From Cyanophora paradoxa CCMP329 (taxonomy: Eukaryota; Plantae; Glaucophyta), in assembly GCA_004431415.1 (NCBI GenBank), contig QPMI01000657.1, positions 206,281-270,280 of the forward strand: a stretch of DNA of 64,000 nucleotides. The letters are read 5' to 3'. A program made the translations under genes and the position numbers. The notes under the pieces are model-generated. The model was not told the DNA's origin, did no database searches, and saw only the letters and a list, made by a program, of their open reading frames with translations. This document shows, one piece after another, positions 39,015 through 48,034 of this stretch. Positions within the stretch are counted from its first letter, which is position 1, and each line of letters begins with the position of its first letter.

Positions 39015-41075
39015 CCGCGCCTCGCAGAGTGATCGCTTTCTCGGGGGGTTGGCTCTGGCGGGCTGTTTCTGACCCGAGTGCTGGGGCGTCGCTCCGGCCG
39101 ATCCGAGTGCATGGCGAAGGTCAGTTCCATCATTCATTTCGATATTTGCACTCGTCTCAATCGTGCGACCTTGCAGGCATCTTGGGAGCTTCGCTTTCGG
39201 CACTCTCGGCGTGGCCGCGCCGCACCTGGTGGGCAGGCGCGGCGCTCTCGCTTCGTAATAAAGGTGAGTATACGTATACGTATCGCTGCTGCTGCAACTT
39301 CTAATCGTTTCGGGCCTGACCCGCGCCTCGCAGAGTGATCGCTTTCTAAGGGGGTTGGCTCTGGCGGGCTGTTTCTGACCCGAGTGCTGGGGCATCGCTC
39401 CGGCCGATCCGAGTGCATGGCGAAGGTCAGTTCCATCATTCATTTCGATATTTGCACTCGTCTCAATCGTGCGACCTCGCAGGCATCTTGGGAGCTTCGC
39501 TTTCGGCACTCTCGGCGTGGCCGCGCCGCAGCTGGTGGGCGGGCGGCGCTCTCGCTTCGTAATAAAGGTGAGTATACGTATACGTATCGCTGCTGCTGCA
39601 ACTTCTTATCGTTTCGGGCCTGACCCGCGCCTCGCAGAGTGATCGCTTTCTAAGGGGGTTGGCTCTGGCGGGCTGTTTCTGACCCGAGTGCTGGGGCGTC
39701 GCTCCGGCCGATCCGAGTGCATGGCGAAGGTCAGTTCCATCATTCATTTCGATATTTGCACTCGTCTCAATCGTGCGACCTCGCAGGCATCTTGGGAGCT
39801 TCGCTTTCGGCACTCTCGGCGTGGCCGCGCCGCAGCTGGTGGGCGGGCGGCGCTCTCGCTTCGTAATAAAGGTGAGTATACGTATACGTATCGCTGCTGC
39901 TGCAACTTCTAATGGTTTCGGGCCTGACCCGCGCCTCGCAGAGTGATCGCTTTCTAAGGGGGTTGGCTCTGGCGGGCTGTTTCTGACCCGAGTGCTGGGG
40001 CGTCGCTCCGGCCGATCCGAGTGCATGGCGAAGGTCAGTTCCATCATTCATTTCGATATTTGTGCTCGTCTCAATCGTGCGACCTCGCAGGCATCTTGGG
40101 AGCTTCGCTTTCGGCACTCTCGGCGTGGCCGCGCCGCAGCTGGTGGGCGGGCGGCGCTCTCGCTTCGTAATAAAGGTGAGTATCGCTGCTGCTGCAACTT
40201 CTTATCGTTTCGGGCCTGACCCGCGCCTCGCAGAGTGATCGCTTTCTAAGGGGGTTGGCTCTGGCGGGCTGTTTCTGACCCGAGTGCTGGGGCGTCGCTC
40301 CGGCCGATCCGAGTGCATGGCGAAGGTCAGTTCCATCATTCATTTCGATATTTGCACTCGTCTCAATCGTGCGACCTCGCAGGCATCTTGGGAGCTTCGC
40401 TTTCGGCACTCTCGGCGTGGCCGCGCCGCAGCTGGTGGGCGGGCGGCGCTCTCGCTTCGTAATAAAGGTGAGTATACGTATACGTATCGCTGCTGCTGCA
40501 ACTTCCAATCGTTTCCGCCCTGAGCTACGCCTCGCAGAGTGATCGCTTTCTCGGGGGGATGGCTCTGGCGGGCTGTTTCTGACCCGAGTGCTGGGGCGTC
40601 GCTCCGGCCGATCCGAGTGCATGGCGAAGGTCAGTTCCATCATTCATTTCGATATTTGTGCTCGTCTCAATCGTGCGACCTCGCAGGCATCTTGGGAGCT
40701 TCGCTTTCGGCACTCTCGGCGTGGCCGCGCCGCAGCTGGTGGGCGGGCGGCGCTCTTGCTTCGTAATAAAGGTGAGTATACGTATACGTATCGCTGCTGC
40801 TGCAACTTCTTATCGTTTCGGGCCTGACCCGCGCCTCGCAGAGTGATCGCTTTCTCGGGGGGATGGCTCTGGCGGGCTGTTTCTGACCCGAGTGCTGGGG
40901 CGTCGCTCCGGTCGATCCGAGTGCATGGCGAAGGTCAGTTCCATCATTCATTTCGATATTTGCACTCGTCTCAATCGTGCGACCTCGCAGGCATCTTGGG
41001 AGCTTCGCTTTCGGCACTCTCGGCGTGGCCGTGCCGCAGCTGGAGGGCAGGCGCGGCGCTCGTACTTCGTAAATT
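39015..41075 (-). repeat. tandem array, 7 copies of a ~304-bp unit (inverted homolog of the 345-bp unit)
   Basis: CCTCGCAGAGTGATCGC recurs at 39020, 39326, 39630, 39934, 40226, 40530 and 40834. Confidence 0.97.
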
Positions 41076-42768
41076 AAAGAAGGCGAGTATCTCCGTAGCA
41101 CTATCAATATAGCTAACAAAGATGGCTATTGGTTAAAGCGCTATCGTTAGTGTACATGTATTAATTTTAGCGATAGGCGAGCACTACCAGCGATTTTAAT
41201 GCGTTAGTACTAGTGTTTTAATCATGGTTCACCGATCGCGAGTCACGGTTTCTTTTTTGCAAAAGTGGACCGTCGGACGTCGCATTGATACACCACGGCA
41301 CATGTATCAATGTTCTACGTGACGTGCCCTTCCGACCGGTCATCGATATCTATCTAGCCGAAGGTGCTAGCTAGGTGCCGGTCATGGGTCACCGAGTCAC
41401 GGTTTCAGACGTCAACGTGTCACGTTTTCAGACGTCAATGTTGAATTCTTAAAGATAATGCCAGGATCTAGACTCGTTGAGTTCTATAGCCCCGCAGCCC
41501 CTCATGATCAACGACTGCTAATAGGCTTCATCTTTGCATGTCCCCTGGTCTGCGCAGATCAAGCCTAGATCGTGGCTGTATCCGTAGCACTCTAGATCTT
41601 TATAAACCGTTGAACTGACTTGCAAATACGCTCGCAGTGCTTTTCTCCGGGCGGCGCCTCAACTGAACGGTCCTAGGCCTCGGACAAGGTGATTCATTCA
41701 TGATTTGCAGCTGCACTAGCTATACCTATAGTACTAGATCTAGATTTGCAGCTGTACTATCATATATAGTACGGATCTGGCGTTATATAATTAGATGAAA
41801 TAGCTATAGGCAATCTCTATTTTGAAATTCGAATTCAACCGCCGATCGAGAATCGAGATCCGTTGGTAACATTTGCATTCTATCGTTGCTATATGTATCA
41901 ATATTAATGCTATCATTCTAGATACAGATTAGAGAGCCGGCGCAAGCGCTAGCTATGCAGATCTACCTCCTGCTGCAGTCCACTGATGATACGGCTTCCT
42001 TTTCCACAGGTCAGCTCTACATCCGCTCTGTATGTGTTCAGGTCCGAGTGCGAGCTCGCTCTAGATCTGCAATATACGTTTATATATATACATGATTATT
42101 AAAACTGATTGCGGTATGGCTTTGTACGAATGTATACACGCAGTTTTCTTCTACTGGCCTCCGCCAGCTGCAGCCGCCCGGTCAATATCATGATCATGAG
42201 GTGCTTTGAACTTGCAATTGCTATCATAGCAAGCTGCACTAGTAATATAGCTAATTATTGCTCGCATGCGCAGCGTTGGCATGCGTATGGCACGCGGTCA
42301 TGAGTCATGATCATGATCCGCTGCAGCTGCAGCTGCAGCTGCGCGCAGCAAGCTTAAGTACTGAGTAGGAGATCTAGAGCAGCGCTATAGCTAGCTATAT
42401 ACATTGCTCGCCTTGCAGCGTTAGCACAGCACGCGTACGTATACGATGCAGCCCAGCAAGCAGAAGATCATCGGATCCCGGCCTAGCTAGCTCGGATCTT
42501 AGCTAGCTAGCTCGCTAGGATCTTAGCTAGCTCGCTAGGATCTTAGCTAGCTCGTTAGCTTGAGTTGTACATGTGTATAAAGAGTACAGCGTTAACGTTG
42601 CGCATGTTTGGCGATGTAAAAACCAGCTAGATGGGTCGGGTAATGGGCAAACGAAAAAAAAGTTACCCGGTGGGAAACTCAGCGATGTTTCCCACCTGAC
42701 GTTTCCCACCTGATGGTCCCCATGGGGGTCCTCCGCCCCGGTGTGTTACCTATAGGGTAACATGCATG

Positions 42769-42806
42769 TGTTTCCCCCGGGAAACATACTTTCTTAGGCA
42801 CCAGTG
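42769..42806 (-). repeat. right TIR
   Basis: Reverse complement reads CACTGGTGCCTAAGAAAGTATGTTTCCCGGGGGAAACA. Confidence 0.9.
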
Positions 42807-42861
42807 GTCAGCCTCACCGGCTCACCGAGTCAAAGGGGCGGGGGCGGGGAGGGGGGGGTAC

Positions 42862-42935
42862 CGCCGGTGTAGGGGAGGTCCAGGGCCTCCAGGGCCTCGA
42901 TCACCTCTACCCCCGCCCGATCCTCGTCGAAGGCC
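42862..42935 (-). CDS. upstream exon of the host ATP-grasp/SET gene
   Basis: cag|G-AFDEDRAGVEVIEALEALDLPYTG-G|gt splices in phase to CG-GAC-CCG at 18484, giving LPYTGADP, the conserved Ddl-family motif. Confidence 0.85.
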
Positions 42936-42965
42936 CTGCGCGTGCCCCGCCCCCGTGAGGAGAAG

Positions 42966-42973
42966 GCGGCGGA

Positions 42974-43009
<36 letters not shown>

Positions 43010-43010
43010 C
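42966..43010. repeat. (GGC)n microsatellite
   Basis: About 14 near-perfect GGC units. Confidence 0.9.
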
Positions 43011-43129
43011 GGCCGCGGCGCGTCTTCGAATTCGAGGCGCATCGAACTCGTTCCCGGGTCCGTAAAGCGAAACTCGAAATTTAAGACAGCTCGCTCCAAG
43101 GTAGACCCCACCAATTGCGCGACCTTCCC

Positions 43130-43395
43130 ACTACCATTCTCAGTAAGCCCATTATCCATTTTCGAATTTCTCAGTAAGGCTCAGTAACAAATTATAAATT
43201 AGCACTGTATTTTTCAAACATCTAACCTCTCCTTACTGAAACCAATCACGAAACCCTTTCATTCTTCATTTTTCTAATTCCTTACCATTCTCAGTAAGCC
43301 CTTAAACCCTCCCTCAATTTCTCAGTAAGGACAGTAAGACCCCTATTTTAATGAAATGTTCCCGATCGTTTCCGGACTGTTTTCAGTTAGCCAAA
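43130..43395. promoter_or_regulatory. iteron-like CTCAGTAAG repeats near the left end of the virus
   Basis: (T)CTCAGTAAG at ~43139, 43170, 43180, 43290 and 43321, an inverted CTTACTGA at ~43232, and degenerate copies at ~43332 and ~43382. Confidence 0.55.
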
Positions 43396-43470
43396 TTGAA
43401 AAATCAAGGTGAGCCCCACCAATTAAACAAGTGATCCCACTTAAAGACTTCCCGTTAATATACTGTAACA

Positions 43471-43794
43471 ATGGCAAGCGATCAAGTAACTCTACCTGAG
43501 AGTAAGCAATGCAATGTTTGCGATAAGGTAAAACCGGCATCGAGTTATGCATTGCAAAAGAGTCGCTCAGGCGATCAACAATTGAATTGGAGATGCAAAG
43601 TCTGCGAACGTGACTATCGCAATTACCTTTATCATTTCGTGTTAAAAACGCGTCCGAAGATCGAAGTACAATCGAAGGTATGCTCGCACTGCAAGATTGA
43701 GAAGCCTGCAAGCGAGTATAATAAAAAACAAAGCACGAAGGATGGTCTCTACTATCAATGCCGAGAGTGTTATAGTAAAACTCGTAAGAGTTAA
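43471..43794 (+). CDS. small protein with two CxxC...CxxC zinc-ribbon repeats (type seen N-terminal to phage HNH/EndoVII nucleases)
   Basis: KQCNVCDKVKPASSY..WRCKVC and KVCSHCKIEKPASEY..KDGLYYQCREC. Confidence 0.75.
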   Translation: MASDQVTLPESKQCNVCDKVKPASSYALQKSRSGDQQLNWRCKVCERDYRNYLYHFVLKTRPKIEVQSKVCSHCKIEKPASEYNKKQSTKDGLYYQCRECYSKTRKS

Positions 43795-44028
43795 AACCGA
43801 ATTGCACTTTATCTATTCTTTTTAAAGCAAGTTTGTGCTGCCGAAAATGCCCACCTGCACAAACTCGCGAATTCGATCGAAATGTACGAATCGAAATGTA
43901 CGATTAGCATATTTACGACAAAGTACGACGATAGACCACGTTTACACTCGCGACTCGCGCCCCGCCCACTATGCAAGATACATGCCTTTCTTATGCATGC
44001 TCTATGTAAAAACAATTATTTCAATGCC

Positions 44029-44292
44029 TCATTCCTGAGCAACTGTATTATACTCGATGCCTTTCTTTACAGTTCCCCTTTGGAAAGCCTGTAAAACAAT
44101 AGCCTCCTTTGAGGTTGGTATTTGGATACCAGCTGAGATGCAAGACTGTATCTCTTTCTGAACAATCTCATCAATTGCTATTCTTGCTCTGTTGTGGGCA
44201 GCATTATCGATCCAATCCTGAACGGAAGCGCAGCAATATTCCATTCCAAGCTTTTCACTATCAGAGAGAACCACTTGGTAGATATTCGACAT
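44029..44292 (-). CDS. small phage-like fibre-associated protein (copy A)
   Basis: QDWIDNAAHNRARIAIDEIV..QIPTSKEAIV resembles small proteins encoded next to C1q fibre genes in marine phages; paralog at 53237-53503. Confidence 0.65.
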   Translation of the reverse strand: MSNIYQVVLSDSEKLGMEYCCASVQDWIDNAAHNRARIAIDEIVQKEIQSCISAGIQIPTSKEAIVLQAFQRGTVKKGIEYNTVAQE

Positions 44293-44313
44293 TCTTACCT
44301 TAACAAAAGAAAA

Positions 44314-45336
44314 TTATGTAATGCTGATCAACTCGCCACTAAATGTTGTTGCAGAGGAGAAGACCCCTGTGGTTCCTGTAAAAACTGCAACAGTCTCATT
44401 GGCTGCAAGATTGAAAATGCAAGACAAAAGGATGGGTTTGTTGACAAATGTGCTTGTGTTGTTAGCAGCAAATTCGAAGCCCTCAGGATTTAAACCATTC
44501 ACTCTCAAATAAAGCACAATTGTGGCTGTTGTTGTTGAATGTGTATAAACAGAGAATCGATAATGTCCAGCGACAGGAGCAGTAAATCTTCCCGTTGACC
44601 CATTAAAAGACCCTGTGACATTCACAAGATTTGTCAACCAAGTTCCAAGAAGAGTCGCAGCTGATGCAGTGTGATCATAGCCAAGTTGAAAGCAAAACCT
44701 TGGCTGAAAATTGTTCTTCAAGTAGCAACCTGTATTGATCGTTAATGAATTGGCTTCAAGTGTTGCAATGGTATTGCTATTTCGCTTCAATAGAAGATTA
44801 ACATCAGCCCCTGTATCGATTTCAGGGGTTAATAACCTTGTGGTTGCAGTAATGATGGGCTGGGAAATAGTAGGTGTTGAGACTCCACCACTTGCTGTAA
44901 CCAATCCTGAAAAGGTGCTTGTTCCTGTAATGCTTACCTGATTTGCTGTAAGGGGTCCATCAATCCTTGCCCCATCTCCAATATATGCCCCTCCACTTCT
45001 CACAACCAGAGCAGCATTATTGATTGTATTATCAAAAGTTACAATCTTGGGTGTGGTGACCCCTCCCACATCATCATAAATTGCGGAATCCGAAACAATC
45101 TGACCTGATTGGACTTGGTTCTTGTTTGAAACTATTAAACCTGTGGTTCTCACCTTGCCCACATTGCGATCACATCGAATTTCTTTGCATCTTATCACTG
45201 AATTCTGAGAAAACGAATCAGCCCCTGTCGTTTCTGTGCAGATAAACCCAGGGGTTGCATCTGTTACTGTATGGTTGAGTTGATGTATTTTTGGGGCGGC
45301 ATAACAGAAAACGGGAACAGCAATTTGTGTAGACAT
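44314..45336 (-). CDS. putative virion fibre with C-terminal C1q domain (A1)
   Basis: PRF..., FNGSTGRFTAPVAGHYRFS, L.ANETV.V, FSGELI; the N-terminal domain is shared with five paralogs. Confidence 0.85.
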   Translation of the reverse strand: MSTQIAVPVFCYAAPKIHQLNHTVTDATPGFICTETTGADSFSQNSVIRCKEIRCDRNVGKVRTTGLIVSNKNQVQSGQIVSDSAIYDDVGGVTTPKIVTFDNTINNAALVVRSGGAYIGDGARIDGPLTANQVSITGTSTFSGLVTASGGVSTPTISQPIITATTRLLTPEIDTGADVNLLLKRNSNTIATLEANSLTINTGCYLKNNFQPRFCFQLGYDHTASAATLLGTWLTNLVNVTGSFNGSTGRFTAPVAGHYRFSVYTHSTTTATIVLYLRVNGLNPEGFEFAANNTSTFVNKPILLSCIFNLAANETVAVFTGTTGVFSSATTFSGELISIT

Positions 45337-45358
45337 TCTTTACTTTATAGGAATAATA

Positions 45359-46426
45359 TTATGTTGCGCTTATTAACATTCCCCCAAAACTTGATCGATT
45401 GGTGTATTGTATTGAACCAGCGGTGTTATTGTAAATTCCTATCCAATCATTAGCAGCAAGGTTCATAATACATTCATAATATAAAGGCGATCTTGACACT
45501 GAGGAACTGTAAGTTGCTCTCATTTCATATACTGATGTTATTCCATTTTTCCGAATATTGAGAATAACAGAGGATATTTGACTACTTGCAAGACTCAAAT
45601 TAAAGAAGAAGCGATAATCTCCCGCAATAGGGGCTGTAAACAATCGTGTCGCAGTATTGAAATTATTCCCATGGTTTACATATACTCCAAAGAAGTTAAT
45701 AAAAGTTTCAGACTGTGTTGTAGTTACATATGTTGATTGGTTTGAAGTCATAACACTAACCATAAAACGAGGGCATCCATTTCGTTTCAAACATATACCT
45801 GATGAAAATACGATTGCTTCTATATTTGATGGTGTTGTTTGAATATTTTGTAATGTCACAATTGTGTTACCATTTCTTTTGTAGGTAGAATTTGTGTTTC
45901 CAATGGTATTATTTTCAAGGGTTGATAATCTTGTGGATAGGTTGATGGTCTCAAAAATCATATTCCCCGAAAGTCCACCATTGAAAGTCATAGACCCACC
46001 AAAACTACTTGTCCCACTCACATTAAATTGATTTGCTGTGACAGTCCCCACCACAATTGCTCCATCTTCAATGTAGGCACCTCCACTTCTGACTACAAGA
46101 GCCGAATTATTTACTGTGTTATCAAAAGTAACTATCTTTGCTGTGGTGAATCCACCCACATTATCATATATTGCTGAATCGGGGACTATTTGACCCGCTT
46201 GAACCTGATTTTTATTCGAGATAATAATACCTGTGGTTCTTATCTTACCATTATTGCGATCACATCTTATTTCTTTCACTCTCAGTATATTCCCTTCTGT
46301 AAAAGATGTATTGCTTGTGGTTTCAGTGCAAATAAAGCCGGGTATAGAGTCGACAACTTCATGAGAGGTGCTATGTAGTGATTTCGCGGCGAGTTCATAG
46401 TTTGGGATCTCTAAAAGGGAGGTCAT
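45359..46426 (-). CDS. putative virion fibre with C-terminal C1q domain (A2)
   Basis: NHGNNFNTATRLFTAPIAGDYRFFF, NLAANDWI, SFGGMLI. Confidence 0.85.
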   Translation of the reverse strand: MTSLLEIPNYELAAKSLHSTSHEVVDSIPGFICTETTSNTSFTEGNILRVKEIRCDRNNGKIRTTGIIISNKNQVQAGQIVPDSAIYDNVGGFTTAKIVTFDNTVNNSALVVRSGGAYIEDGAIVVGTVTANQFNVSGTSSFGGSMTFNGGLSGNMIFETINLSTRLSTLENNTIGNTNSTYKRNGNTIVTLQNIQTTPSNIEAIVFSSGICLKRNGCPRFMVSVMTSNQSTYVTTTQSETFINFFGVYVNHGNNFNTATRLFTAPIAGDYRFFFNLSLASSQISSVILNIRKNGITSVYEMRATYSSSVSRSPLYYECIMNLAANDWIGIYNNTAGSIQYTNRSSFGGMLISAT

Positions 46427-46451
46427 CTTTGTAATAGTGTGAGAATCTTAA

Positions 46452-48005
46452 TTATGCTGTTGCTATCCAATGAATTGCAATTGAAAGCCACTGCGGCTGA
46501 ATGGTTACCCATCCTGCTGCCCAAATAACAAGGTTAATAGTTGTTAAGGTAGTTGAGTTACTTGATATTCCTATTTTATAATCGATTTCTACATTTGTTG
46601 CGGGTAGTCCCTGCAATGTCACAACAACAGATGGGGTGGATGCAAAAGCGGGACTCCAATTTAATGTAATGGAATGGTTTTGCCTTGCTGAACTGCCCCC
46701 AATTTGAGGATTCGCAATTGTCATTTCATACCTTCCCTTCCTTATTCCATTAGTAATGTAATCATCAAAAACATATTGGGGCATCAATTTTGTAACCTTA
46801 GAGTTGTCCCGAGGATCCCTAACCCACATTTCTCTTGCATATGCATTTCCACGAACAAGTAGGGTTTTATCCTGATAGTAAGATATAGAGTTAGTAGAAA
46901 GGGTAGAGTTGTGGAAATTCCAAATTACAGGAGGATCGGGCATAATATAAGGGTCATAATCAAGAAAGTAACCTGATCCAATAAGAAGGTTTGCATTTGC
47001 TGTAATGTTATTTGCTGTAAAGGGATCGAGAGTTGGTTTATTGGTCAGGTCATTGTAGTTGCCCGAAAAAATCGCTGGTTTGTTATAAATATCTGTATTC
47101 CAATCATGAGTGTGTGCAAAATCTGTAATCTCTGCCTTTGTGTGATTGTGTGCAAAGTCTGTAATCTCTGCCTTGGTGTGGGTGTGACCAACATATGCAA
47201 CATTTCCGAGATCTAATATCTCTGATTTAACATGAGTGTGAGCGAAATTCGTAATGTCTGCTCGGGTGTGATAGTGTGCAAAATCTGTTATTTGGGACTT
47301 GGTGTGAGTGTGTGCAAAATCTGTGATTTCTGCCTTTGTGTGGGTGTGTGATCTATTATTAAGGTCGAGGAAACTCCCCGAAAATGCAACAGGGTGTAGA
47401 TTTGCTGCGGTGGGTTTATTAATGAGATCATTATAGTCTCCTGTAAATGAAACGGTTTTCAGTTCCCCCCTCCCTACATAATCCGAAGGGAGATCGATTT
47501 TAATAGGCATTATAGCTGGATCATCTGGGATCACATACTCTCCACCTGTGTGAACAACAGGGTATCTTCGAATATACATATTGGATGCACCCATGAGAGG
47601 TGCCACAATGGGCACATCCGAATTAACGAGATTGCAAGTGATAGAAAAAATGGTTTTGGGGGCATACAGATTGCAATCAAAGGTCACAGTGGCGGGATCA
47701 ATAGTAGGATCGACATTTGAACAGATCTGAAACATCCACCCACCCACACAGTTGCAATTTAAATTGCGAAAGGCTGTGCCTGCCATTGCATCCACATAGC
47801 CGATCCCATTTGCAATGTCATAGATGTGACCAAACTCGTAACCGAAAAGGTCATTCCATAGGTTAGAAGCCATAGCTCCCATCACATAGCCTTTTAGATT
47901 AACAATTAGGTCATTGGATTCACTGGGTATATTGGCATGGGTTATATAAAATTGATTATCCAATACAGCATTCTTTACTGTCGTTTCTACTATGGGTTCC
48001 GTCAT
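46452..48005 (-). CDS. phage-tail-like fibre with HTHTKxEITDF repeats and a lectin-like tip (A3)
   Basis: Seven HxHxxxxIxD repeats, F(S/T)GxYNDLxNKP motifs, and a C-terminal AFASTPSVVVTL...IHWIA. Confidence 0.8.
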   Translation of the reverse strand: MTEPIVETTVKNAVLDNQFYITHANIPSESNDLIVNLKGYVMGAMASNLWNDLFGYEFGHIYDIANGIGYVDAMAGTAFRNLNCNCVGGWMFQICSNVDPTIDPATVTFDCNLYAPKTIFSITCNLVNSDVPIVAPLMGASNMYIRRYPVVHTGGEYVIPDDPAIMPIKIDLPSDYVGRGELKTVSFTGDYNDLINKPTAANLHPVAFSGSFLDLNNRSHTHTKAEITDFAHTHTKSQITDFAHYHTRADITNFAHTHVKSEILDLGNVAYVGHTHTKAEITDFAHNHTKAEITDFAHTHDWNTDIYNKPAIFSGNYNDLTNKPTLDPFTANNITANANLLIGSGYFLDYDPYIMPDPPVIWNFHNSTLSTNSISYYQDKTLLVRGNAYAREMWVRDPRDNSKVTKLMPQYVFDDYITNGIRKGRYEMTIANPQIGGSSARQNHSITLNWSPAFASTPSVVVTLQGLPATNVEIDYKIGISSNSTTLTTINLVIWAAGWVTIQPQWLSIAIHWIATA

Positions 48006-48034
48006 TATTTCTCTATTATGGCATACTACAAAAA

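Larger units (their letters stand above)
18518..42806. mobile_element. 24,289-bp CACTA/CMC-type DNA transposon, apparently non-autonomous
   Basis: Ends CACTG...CAGTG; 38-bp TIRs with 35/38 identity; 3-bp TSD GTC at 18515-18517 and 42807-42809; subterminal GTTTCCC/GGGAAAC motifs in both orientations at both ends. Confidence 0.88.

Noticed and set aside
19453-41075. Hammerhead ribozyme (retrozyme) or C/D snoRNA in the monomers
   Set aside because: No CUGANGA core on either strand of the 345-bp unit and no exact RUGAUGA box C. Another RNA structure is not excluded.
39009-41119. ORFs in the 304-bp array
   Set aside because: The unit length is not a multiple of 3 and the ORFs switch frame between units; they are by-products of the repeat.
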